From Bacteroidales bacterium (GTDB lineage Bacteria; Bacteroidota; Bacteroidia; Bacteroidales; JALTDM01), in contig JALTEO010000066.1 in NCBI GenBank assembly GCA_027073875.1, forward strand, positions 1 through 30,617: a DNA stretch of 30,617 nucleotides, read 5' to 3'. The position numbers and the translations under genes were made by a program. Below, piece by piece: positions 1-7,887 of the stretch. The notes below the pieces were generated by a model, which did not search any database, was not told the DNA's origin, and was given only the letters and a program-made list of their open reading frames with translations. Position 1 is the first letter of the stretch. Each line of letters begins with the position of its first letter.

Positions 1-2
1 GT

Positions 3-1091
3 ACGCCGAATGAGTTAGCAGATAAGCATACTGTGGGTTTACAAGTTGTGGGTGGCAATGTGTCGTATCGTTCTAATAAGCATTTGAAACTAGGAACCAC
101 CATCGCCAATTATCAGTTCTCTTCAGATATAAACAAACCTGTGAAACCCTATAATCAATTTGAATTCAGGGGAAAACAATTGACCAACGGCAGTGTAGAT
201 TATCAGTATTCTTACAACCGGTTTTATCTGTTCGGCGAAGTTGCCGTGAGTGATAATGGCGGCGTATCGCAAATTCACGGTGCCAATATCTCACTGGCAT
301 CCAATTTTATGTTGTCCACACTTTACCGTAATTTTGGCAAGTCGTATCAAAGTATTTATGCCAGTCCGTTCGGTGAAAATTCCAAACCGGCAAATGAACA
401 AGGATATTATATTGGTGGCACAACCTATCCCTATAAAAATTGGGAGATTTCCGCTTATTACGATTTATTCCGTTTTCCGTGGTTAAAATACCGTACGGAT
501 GCACCTTCTTCGGGGTACGACTATTTGGCAAATATCATTTTCCATCCCAGTCGTGATTTAAATATGTATTGGCGATATCATGAAAAACTAAAATATCAAA
601 ATCAGGATGCCGATATTCCGGAAGTAATTACTTCCATTGTGCCGGTGAAAACACAACGGATTCGCTATCATATTAATTATAGAATAAACGATGTGTTGGA
701 ACTACGGAACAGAATTGAATTGTCTCGCTACCAAAAAGATACGGCTGCTGCAGAATACGGCTATATGATTTATCAGGATGTAATCTATAAACCTCGCCGT
801 TTACCTGTTACAGCGGCTTTTCGTTTTTCGTTATTTGACACCGACACTTACAATAGCCGCATTTATGCCTACGAAAATGATATTCTGTATGCTTTTTCCA
901 TTCCTGCCTATTACTATCGTGGCAAACGATTTTATCTGACATTGAAATATCACATTGCTCAAAATGTAGATTTGTGGCTACGATATTCGCAGTGGTATTA
1001 CGACAATAAAGCCGTTATTTCTTCGGGATTGAACGAAATACAAGGACACACCAAATCGGAAGTTAAGGCACAGTTGCGCATAAAATTTTAA
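3..1091 (+). CDS. C-terminal beta-barrel portion of a Bacteroidota helix-hairpin-helix (ComEA-like) outer-membrane protein, 5'-truncated by the window edge
   Basis: The frame is open from position 3 (TPNELADKHTVGLQVVGGN...). It is rich in Tyr/Phe beta-strands and ends in a beta-signal (KAQLRIKF). The SSRIYAYENDVLY-like stretch (NSRIYAYENDILYAFSIP) is typical of this family as recalled. Confidence 0.7.
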   Translation, partial: TPNELADKHTVGLQVVGGNVSYRSNKHLKLGTTIANYQFSSDINKPVKPYNQFEFRGKQLTNGSVDYQYSYNRFYLFGEVAVSDNGGVSQIHGANISLASNFMLSTLYRNFGKSYQSIYASPFGENSKPANEQGYYIGGTTYPYKNWEISAYYDLFRFPWLKYRTDAPSSGYDYLANIIFHPSRDLNMYWRYHEKLKYQNQDADIPEVITSIVPVKTQRIRYHINYRINDVLELRNRIELSRYQKDTAAAEYGYMIYQDVIYKPRRLPVTAAFRFSLFDTDTYNSRIYAYENDILYAFSIPAYYYRGKRFYLTLKYHIAQNVDLWLRYSQWYYDNKAVISSGLNEIQGHTKSEVKAQLRIKF

Positions 1092-1094
1092 TCT

Positions 1095-1112
1095 GCTTTA
1101 TTCATATAAGAA
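1095..1112 (+). repeat. GCTTTATTCATAYAAGAA post-stop motif, copy 1
   Basis: Starts 3 nt after the TAA at 1089-1091. Matches copies at 2397-2415 and 18038-18056 on the minus strand. Confidence 0.8.
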
Positions 1113-1219
1113 TACAAGAAATTGTGTAATGGAAAACAGATAATCAAAGCCACAGATGTAAAACATATTTAAAATTATCGCAACCTTTTGTAATCTCATT
1201 CGTATATATACTTGTATAT

Positions 1220-1332
1220 AAATAACACCGATTGCACATTCAATATAGTCCAATAAATTGTACTATTTTCATGTAGCATCGGCATTACACTAAATCTTTT
1301 TGGACTAATTTATAATTCATTTTGGTATAAAA
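1220..1332 (+). repeat. ~65-bp imperfect inverted-repeat element (TAACACCGAT...ATCGGCATTA) with shared flanks, copy 1
   Basis: 1223-1287 is a near-identical reverse complement of 11775-11836, with the core CAATAAATTGTACTATTTTCATGTAGCATCGG identical. TCTTTTTGGACTAAT (1295-1309) and TTGGTATAAAA (1322-1332) are also shared. Confidence 0.85.
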
Positions 1333-1340
1333 TATTCAGT

Positions 1341-2204
1341 ATGCGACAACTAAAAATAACAAAGCAAGTTACTAACCGTGATGATTTATCTATTGATAAA
1401 TATCTTCACGAGATTAGTAAATATGAGTTACTGACCGTTGAAGAAGAAGTTGCATATGCAAGAAGAATTAAACAAGGAGATGACGAAGCATTAGACAAAC
1501 TAGTGAAAGGGAATTTGCGATTTGTAGTCTCTGTCGCAAAACAATATCAGAATCAGGGACTTTCATTGTCGGATTTGATAAATGAAGGCAATCTTGGTTT
1601 AATAAAAGCAGCCCGTCGATTTGACGAATCCCGTGGATTTAAGTTTATTTCGTATGCCGTATGGTGGATTCGGCAATCTATTTTGCAGGCACTTGCCGAA
1701 CATTCCCGTATTGTAAGGTTACCACAAAATAAGCTGTCAACCATTAATAAAATTAACAAGGCATTTACCTCTTTGGAACAACAATTTGAACGCGAACCCC
1801 AAATTCAAGAAGTCGCTGAAAGTCTGGCAATTAGTCCAGAAGATGTAAAACAATCGTTATTAGATGTAAAACGAATGATCTCAATGGATGCCAAGTTGAA
1901 AGATGATGACGATTCAGGTTCTTACTACGATATTATTGAAAGTGAGGATATACCAAAACCCGATGCTACTTTATTAAAAGAATCTTTGAATAAAGAAATC
2001 GAACGGGTATTAAATACTTTAAGTCTCCGTGAATCGGAAATAATTAAACATTATTATGGGTTATTAGGTAATAAACCTAAAACACTCGAAGAAATCTCGG
2101 AAATGATAGGATTGACAAAAGAACGCATTCGTCAAATCAAAGAACGCACCATCTTAAAACTTAAAAATACTTCCCGCAGCAAATTACTGAAAAAATATCT
2201 GTAG
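1341..2204 (+). CDS. rpoD: RNA polymerase sigma-70 factor, short Bacteroidota RpoD/SigA type (possibly a paralog)
   Basis: MRQLKITK N-terminus, region 2 [12 protein letters not shown]...[14 protein letters not shown]...[14 protein letters not shown], region 4 [13 protein letters not shown]. 287 aa with no region 1.1. Confidence 0.93.
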   Translation: MRQLKITKQVTNRDDLSIDKYLHEISKYELLTVEEEVAYARRIKQGDDEALDKLVKGNLRFVVSVAKQYQNQGLSLSDLINEGNLGLIKAARRFDESRGFKFISYAVWWIRQSILQALAEHSRIVRLPQNKLSTINKINKAFTSLEQQFEREPQIQEVAESLAISPEDVKQSLLDVKRMISMDAKLKDDDDSGSYYDIIESEDIPKPDATLLKESLNKEIERVLNTLSLRESEIIKHYYGLLGNKPKTLEEISEMIGLTKERIRQIKERTILKLKNTSRSKLLKKYL

Positions 2205-2210
2205 AATTAT

Positions 2211-2232
2211 TCCGGAAAATTCACAGAATTTT
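2211..2232 (+). repeat. TCCGGAARATTCAYAGAATTTT motif, copy 1
   Basis: 20/22 identical to 14256-14277. Both lie just after the stop of a plus-strand gene. Confidence 0.65.
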
Positions 2233-2278
2233 TTATCCCAAACTTCCTTCCCCTTGAGTCATTCCGAACCCGCGTTTT

Positions 2279-2381
2279 TGTCATTCCGAATTTATTTCGG
2301 GATCTGATTGTTTAATAGTTCGATAATAAGATGCTGAAACCCCGAAATCAAGTTTCGAGGACAAGCAAGTTCAGTATGACA
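2279..2381. repeat. REPIN-like inverted doublet of TGTC-tagged REP arms, with a nested 26-nt hairpin insert (2341-2366)
   Basis: Left arm TGTCATTCCGAATTTATTTCGGGATCT, 23-nt spacer, right arm AGATGCTGAAAC[insert]AAGTTCAGTATGACA. The spacer is 21/23 identical to 17933-17955. It lies between convergent genes. Confidence 0.88.
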
Positions 2382-2396
2382 CTTTCTTTTTATTGT

Positions 2397-2415
2397 GTTC
2401 TTATATGAATAAAGC
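2397..2415 (-). repeat. GCTTTATTCATAYAAGAA post-stop motif, copy 2
   Basis: Located 3 nt downstream of the O-methyltransferase TAA (2419-2421). 18/19 identical to 18038-18056. Confidence 0.8.
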
Positions 2416-2418
2416 ATA

Positions 2419-3060
2419 TTATATCTTTTCCATAATCATCAACCCGTCGCGAATAGGTAAAATAAAATTACGAATATGTTTGTCGGCTTGTATCGTTTGG
2501 TTGAATTTTATGATGTGCCTCGTCTTTTTATCTTTTTGTTTTGCCGTTTCGTCAAACACTTTTCCGTTCCATAATACATTATCTGCCAAGATAATCCCTC
2601 CTGATTTTACTTTGGGCAATACGGCATTATAATAATCTATGTATTCATCTTTTTCGCCATCAATAAACACCATATCAAATTCCGCATCGATTTTTGGAAT
2701 TAATTTTTGTGCCTTGCCGAGTAATAATTCCACTTTGTTGTTCACGCCTGCTTTATCTACCCATCTTCGGGCTATTTCTTGCCATTCCGGATTGTAATCG
2801 ATGGAATAAATTTTGCCGTCTTCAGGTAATGCTTTTGCCATTGCAATAGTAGCATATCCTGTAAATGTCCCTATCTCTAAAACAGTTTCCGGTTTTATCA
2901 TCCGGCAAATAAACGACAAAAAAGCGGCTTGAGTCTTTCCTGAAATCATCCGGGGGTTAATTGTTTTCAGAAAAGTCTCTTTCTCGAGTGCATTCAGCAA
3001 ATCATCTTGTGGCGAAAGGTGTTGTTCAAGGTAGCGATTCAGAATGTTTTCGGAAATCAT
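2419..3060 (-). CDS. SAM-dependent O-methyltransferase (caffeoyl-CoA OMT / YrrM-like)
   Basis: VLEIGTFTGYATI SAM motif, FDMVFIDGEKDEY, GGIILADNVLWNG, RDGLMI. ATGA overlap with the upstream acyltransferase. Confidence 0.92.
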   Translation of the reverse strand: MISENILNRYLEQHLSPQDDLLNALEKETFLKTINPRMISGKTQAAFLSFICRMIKPETVLEIGTFTGYATIAMAKALPEDGKIYSIDYNPEWQEIARRWVDKAGVNNKVELLLGKAQKLIPKIDAEFDMVFIDGEKDEYIDYYNAVLPKVKSGGIILADNVLWNGKVFDETAKQKDKKTRHIIKFNQTIQADKHIRNFILPIRDGLMIMEKI

Positions 3061-4877
3061 CGGCTCGAAAAACTTTTATTGGGATTTATGGTAAGCGTAT
3101 TGAACCGTTCTAAAATCTGTGTGTCGTCAATTTCTTTTGACAAAGATTTTACAATATCTAACGGTACATCATACAGGTCGAGTAATAAAAGCCCGTCTAA
3201 AGCATCATTAAAGAGCGGGTCTAAATTGAATCCAATAATTTTCCCGTTCAGCTGTAAATATTTTTTTAGCAAAACAGGAAACCGTTGTTGTTGCGGCTCA
3301 ATGTCGTCAATAAATTTGTTTAGTTTGTTCAGATTGTCGCCAATGGTCTCAAAAATTACTTTGCTTTCAACACCTTTTGTATTGACCTTAAATTTTTTAC
3401 GGGATTTGATATGTTTAGCTAAATCATGATCGTAAAAATATTGTTTGATAAATTCAACAATCAGCCCGCGGGAGAATTTCGAGAAATTATTGCTAATGCT
3501 TACAGGTCCAATCAAATAGCGATAGTCTGTTTCGCTAAGCAAAAAGTACAAAATTCCTTTCCACAGCAAGAATAACGACAATGGTTTCTGTTGATAGTCC
3601 TGAGAAATAAATGACCGTCCTAATTCTAAAGACTCTTTTAGGTAAGGGTAAAACTTTTTGCTGAAGTTGAAAAGACTGTGAAGGTAAAATCCTTTAATAC
3701 CGTAACTTTTCATTATGTCATTGCCTTTCCCCACACGGTAAGCACCAACAATTTTTTTATTTTCTGCATCCCAAATAAAAAGGTGACAATAATATAAGTC
3801 ATACTCGTCTAAATCGTAACTTTTGTTAGTGCCTTCGCCCACAGCTCTAAAAGTTTGCTCACGCAACCGACCGATTTCATATAACAGATTCGGCATTTCA
3901 GTGCTGGGAGCACAATATACATCATAAGGTTCTCCTGAAAACAGATAATAATTCTTTTCTTTAAGTTTCTTTATTTCTTGTTCAAGAACAGCACTGTCAA
4001 CCGGTGGAATAATTTCTTCGGGGACAGCAATCTTAGCACTTTTAGAGTGTCTGAAAAAGCGGTTAATCTCAATGGTGGAACCAAGTGCAAAAGTTCTGGT
4101 ACGCAGATATTTGGTAAACTGTCCGATATCAGAAAACTGTTTTTGTGCTTTAACCGGCAACGGTGAGCCAATCCGCATCCGGACATTTTTGTTAAGTTTG
4201 GTAAATTCTGCCGGTGTTTTTCGCCAATTTTTCAATAGCGGAGGGAAATTATCCAACAAATAAAATAAATCTACATTTTTCCCGTAAAAATAAACAGAGA
4301 TAATCGGAATCTCCATTTTCTTGATTAAGGTAACGATATTTTCCTGCCACTGATTTTCATACGATTTAAAATTTTCGGATGCGTGTTCAAGGACATCGCC
4401 GGCAGGGAAAATTCCCAGTGAGTTACCATCTCTCACATATTGAAAAGCACTCTTGATGCCGGAAAAAAATGTGTCTTCGCCTTTGGAACGAATTATAGGA
4501 AAGAAAAGCTCATTTAAAGGGGGAATATTATCGTCAATCTTAGTAGAAAGCAGTTTAAAATCCGGTCTTATTTTTAAAATGGTGTGTAATAAAAGAAGTC
4601 CGTCTAACCCTACAAATGGATGATTGGCAATGACAATAAATGGACCTTCGGCAGGAATATTTTTAAGGTCGTTATCATCAATTTCTAACTTGACATTTAG
4701 TCGTTCTATCAGCAAATCCAAGTATTCCAAAGGATTTTTATTGGTGTTGGATTCGTGAAATTCTTTTATCTTTTTATTTTGCAACAACTGAAAAATCAAT
4801 TTAGAAGTTCCCGAACTGCCATAGCCCTTTATCTTAAGAAATTTTTTATAGTTGAAATTGTGTTTTGGTGTCATCAT
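3057..4877 (-). CDS. Two-domain acyltransferase: N-terminal PlsC-like plus C-terminal GNAT (OlsB/Acetyltransf_5) domain; OlsF-like amino-lipid synthase
   Basis: ANHPFVGLDG and IFPAGDV PlsC-type motifs. EIGRLREQTFRAVGEGT, DLDEYD, IVGAYRVG, LELGRSFI and PVLLKKYLQLNGK are GNAT/OlsB-type motifs. Confidence 0.82.
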   Translation of the reverse strand: MMTPKHNFNYKKFLKIKGYGSSGTSKLIFQLLQNKKIKEFHESNTNKNPLEYLDLLIERLNVKLEIDDNDLKNIPAEGPFIVIANHPFVGLDGLLLLHTILKIRPDFKLLSTKIDDNIPPLNELFFPIIRSKGEDTFFSGIKSAFQYVRDGNSLGIFPAGDVLEHASENFKSYENQWQENIVTLIKKMEIPIISVYFYGKNVDLFYLLDNFPPLLKNWRKTPAEFTKLNKNVRMRIGSPLPVKAQKQFSDIGQFTKYLRTRTFALGSTIEINRFFRHSKSAKIAVPEEIIPPVDSAVLEQEIKKLKEKNYYLFSGEPYDVYCAPSTEMPNLLYEIGRLREQTFRAVGEGTNKSYDLDEYDLYYCHLFIWDAENKKIVGAYRVGKGNDIMKSYGIKGFYLHSLFNFSKKFYPYLKESLELGRSFISQDYQQKPLSLFLLWKGILYFLLSETDYRYLIGPVSISNNFSKFSRGLIVEFIKQYFYDHDLAKHIKSRKKFKVNTKGVESKVIFETIGDNLNKLNKFIDDIEPQQQRFPVLLKKYLQLNGKIIGFNLDPLFNDALDGLLLLDLYDVPLDIVKSLSKEIDDTQILERFNTLTINPNKSFSSR

Positions 4878-4894
4878 TTTCTTTGCTCAGGTTA

Positions 4895-6064
4895 TTATTT
4901 TCTCCTTGTTGCTTTTTCCCAGCTTGCCGATTGGTTCCCCAAAAAATATCTAATCATTCCCCTAAAAGTGCTCCAATTCATCATAAAAATGTAAAACGGC
5001 ACGAATAGAAATTTCATCTTTGTTTTTTTATTTTGCAGTAACCATCCTAAAAGAACAAACCCATAAAATACAGCTTGCAAAATTAAGATTATTCCGTAAA
5101 TATCCAAATCTTTTTTAAGCCATACCAGCCAAATATTTAGCAATAAAATAACGGGTAATGCCAATGGCACAAAAAACCATCGCAGAAATTTATGTGAAAA
5201 ATACTGGAACGCATATACGGGATAGTAAAAAGGATTTAAAAATTTAGGATAACGGAAAACCGTTTGAAACCCGCCGGCAGCAATTCTTATTTTTCGTTTC
5301 ATCTCCTCGCTAATCGATGCTGATGCTTTCTCCATAGCATAAGCGTTTTTGGTATAACCGATTTTTAAGCCCTTTTCAATTGTTTTCAATGATAATACAA
5401 AATCATCGAGGAGTGTATCTTCGGGCATAGGAGTGAAAACATTTTTGCGAATGGCAAAGAGCTCTCCAACGACAGCAACGCTTGAGTAAAATGTTGCTTC
5501 GAGTTGTTTGAGCCACGATTCATATTTCCAATAGAAATTCTCACCACTGCCGGAAGCATCATCGTTTTCTTCTTTCATCACTTTCTTTTCGCCGGCAACA
5601 GCACCAATTTCGGGGTTGGCAAACAAACGAACCATTTCTTTCAACGCCTCTTTATTTAAAATTGTATTGGCATCACTACAAATAATTATCTCTGTATCAA
5701 TCAGTTCAACAGCACGATTCAAGGCGGCGGTTTTTCCGTTTCGTTTGTTGGAATGAAGTACTGTAATTTCGGGATAGGTTTTTAATTTTTCAAGTGTCCC
5801 ATCATCAGACCCGTCTGTAACCCATACCAAATGAAGTTTTTCTTTGGGATAATCCAGTGTGAGACTATTTTCAACTTTTGCATCAATAAAATCCCGTTCA
5901 TTATAGGCAGGCACCAAAAATGTAATATCGGGAAATACCGTTGTGTCGGGAAACGATTTTTTCTTTTTGAAAAGTAAGAATAGCCGCAACAAAAAGGCAT
6001 AGCCAAAATAAGAATAGAAAACGATAAGGATAATTCCCCAGAAAACGACTATTGCGGTTGTCAT
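4895..6064 (-). CDS. Membrane glycosyltransferase family 2 (PgaC/IcaA-like)
   Basis: VPAYNE, DGSDD, GKTAALN, SDANT (DXD-like), LLDDF and RKIRIAAG. Has N- and C-terminal transmembrane segments. Confidence 0.9.
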   Translation of the reverse strand: MTTAIVVFWGIILIVFYSYFGYAFLLRLFLLFKKKKSFPDTTVFPDITFLVPAYNERDFIDAKVENSLTLDYPKEKLHLVWVTDGSDDGTLEKLKTYPEITVLHSNKRNGKTAALNRAVELIDTEIIICSDANTILNKEALKEMVRLFANPEIGAVAGEKKVMKEENDDASGSGENFYWKYESWLKQLEATFYSSVAVVGELFAIRKNVFTPMPEDTLLDDFVLSLKTIEKGLKIGYTKNAYAMEKASASISEEMKRKIRIAAGGFQTVFRYPKFLNPFYYPVYAFQYFSHKFLRWFFVPLALPVILLLNIWLVWLKKDLDIYGIILILQAVFYGFVLLGWLLQNKKTKMKFLFVPFYIFMMNWSTFRGMIRYFLGNQSASWEKATRRK

Positions 6065-6081
6065 AGATTCAGGATGATTCT

Positions 6082-6777
6082 CTAAATGAAAATCATAGTA
6101 AGACCAACAGAAATCGGAACAATATCCGGTGTAAACTTTTTCTCAAACAGAGTTGATAACGAATAATTGATGTTCAATCCAAGTTTACCGTAAAAGACTT
6201 TAGCAAATACACCGTAATGCAGTTTATTCAAATACGGAATATTATATTCCTTGAATTTAGTTGTTGTGCCTGTATTGAGACAACGATATTCGTCGCCTGA
6301 ATATTTGTGATAACTTTTTAGCATATAACCAATCTTCCCGCCAAATGTAAATTTAAAATTCTTTTGGTGAATATTATTCTTTGTGCGGAGGCGAAACTCA
6401 AGCGGTACATCAACAAATACAGTTGCTAATTTATTCATATTGAATTTAATAGAATCGTTAAATGTTATAAAAATAGGTTTGTCATTAAGACTGCTTATGT
6501 AAGCATTGTATTTAATATTTTGACTGCTTAATCCTAATCCTGCCGCCATACTGAAATGTTTTTTCTTCCCAAAGAGCGGATGGAGATACGACAAAATAAA
6601 TTCGGCGGAAGTAGGTTTCAATTTAATATTACTCGGGTAATTCATCCACGATAGCCAGTTAATGTCCAAAACAATTTGCTCGTTCATCATTTTAGCTGTG
6701 CTATCAATTTGATTCTGCGAAATACCCGAAAATGTGATTATTACAATGCCGGCAAGTAACAACAATATTTTCTTCAT
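6082..6777 (-). CDS. Outer-membrane beta-barrel (porin family) protein
   Basis: Signal peptide MKKILLLLAGIVIITFSGIS, VDVPLEFRLR, amphipathic strands and a terminal ISVGLTMIFI. Confidence 0.75.
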   Translation of the reverse strand: MKKILLLLAGIVIITFSGISQNQIDSTAKMMNEQIVLDINWLSWMNYPSNIKLKPTSAEFILSYLHPLFGKKKHFSMAAGLGLSSQNIKYNAYISSLNDKPIFITFNDSIKFNMNKLATVFVDVPLEFRLRTKNNIHQKNFKFTFGGKIGYMLKSYHKYSGDEYRCLNTGTTTKFKEYNIPYLNKLHYGVFAKVFYGKLGLNINYSLSTLFEKKFTPDIVPISVGLTMIFI

Positions 6778-6838
6778 AGATATTTATTTTGATGTTAGTA
6801 ATTTATTTTCTTTGAATTAATCAAAGAAAAATAATAAA

Positions 6839-6846
6839 CAAATATA
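6839..6846 (-). promoter_or_regulatory. Bacteroidota -7 promoter element for the beta-barrel/GT2/acyltransferase/OMT operon
   Basis: TATATTTG on the minus strand matches TAnnTTTG, about 60 nt upstream of the ATG at 6777. Confidence 0.55.
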
Positions 6847-6878
6847 CGGAAGTATTTTTATACAGAATTTTTAAGCTG

Positions 6879-7853
6879 TTATTTTTTATCAGTAATCCAA
6901 AAATCAGCTAAGGCAATGGCAGTAACCGACTCAATAATAACGGGAATCCGCAAGGCAATACACAGGTCGTGACGACCGCCAATTGTCATCTTTTCAACTT
7001 TTCCGGTTTCAAAATTGTAAGATGCCTGTGGTTGTGGTGTGCCGGCAGCAGGACGAACAGCCACCCTAAATGTTAAGTCGTTACCGTTGGAAATACCGCC
7101 GTTGATACCGCCGGAATGATTGGTTGCCGTTTTGCCTTGTTCGTTAATAATCATATCGTTGTATTGGCTGCCTTGCATTTTAGCGGCATCAAAACCTTCG
7201 CCAAATTCAATAGCTTTAATCCCTGGAATGCTAAATACCAAATGGCTGATAACCGATTCTATGGAATCGAAAAACGGTTCGCCCAGCCCAACAGGCATAT
7301 TAGTTACTTTACATTCAATAATACCACCTATGGTGTCTTTTCGTTCGATGGCTTCCGTTATGGCTGCATCAATATTGGAGTTGCCTGCAATTTCTGTTAA
7401 TTCGGCACGGATAATAATATCGGGAATTATTTTTTTAGCAATCACTCCGGCAGCAACCAACCCAAGTGTTAAGCGACCCGAGAAATGTCCACTGCCACGG
7501 TAATCTTGAAAACCACGATACTTTTTCTCTGCCACAAAATCGGTGTGCCCCGGTCTCGGATGTTTTTGGAATTGAGCATAATCCGAAGAATTGGTATTTT
7601 CATTTTTAAAAATTATGGTAATTGGCGTGCCTGTTGTATATCCGTTGAAAACACCGCTTAATATTTCAGGATGGTCGCTTTCTGTCCGTGGTGTTGTGCC
7701 TTTCTGTCCGGCTTTTCGTCGTTGCAGGTCGGCATCAAAATCTTTTTCCGTTAACGGAATCCCCGGTGGGCAGCCATCTACAACTACGCCAACAACCGGT
7801 CCGTGTGATTCGCCGAAAATGGTTAGTCTGAAATTCTTGCCAGATGTGTTCAT
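6879..7853 (-). CDS. aroC: Chorismate synthase
   Basis: FGESHG, DLQRRK, HPRPGHTDF, GSGHFSGRLT, SIPGIKAIEFG, NHSGGINGGISNG, GRHDLCI. Confidence 0.96.
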   Translation of the reverse strand: MNTSGKNFRLTIFGESHGPVVGVVVDGCPPGIPLTEKDFDADLQRRKAGQKGTTPRTESDHPEILSGVFNGYTTGTPITIIFKNENTNSSDYAQFQKHPRPGHTDFVAEKKYRGFQDYRGSGHFSGRLTLGLVAAGVIAKKIIPDIIIRAELTEIAGNSNIDAAITEAIERKDTIGGIIECKVTNMPVGLGEPFFDSIESVISHLVFSIPGIKAIEFGEGFDAAKMQGSQYNDMIINEQGKTATNHSGGINGGISNGNDLTFRVAVRPAAGTPQPQASYNFETGKVEKMTIGGRHDLCIALRIPVIIESVTAIALADFWITDKK

Positions 7854-7887
7854 TGCAAAAGTTTAGAGTTCGTAAAGGTAAATGCTT

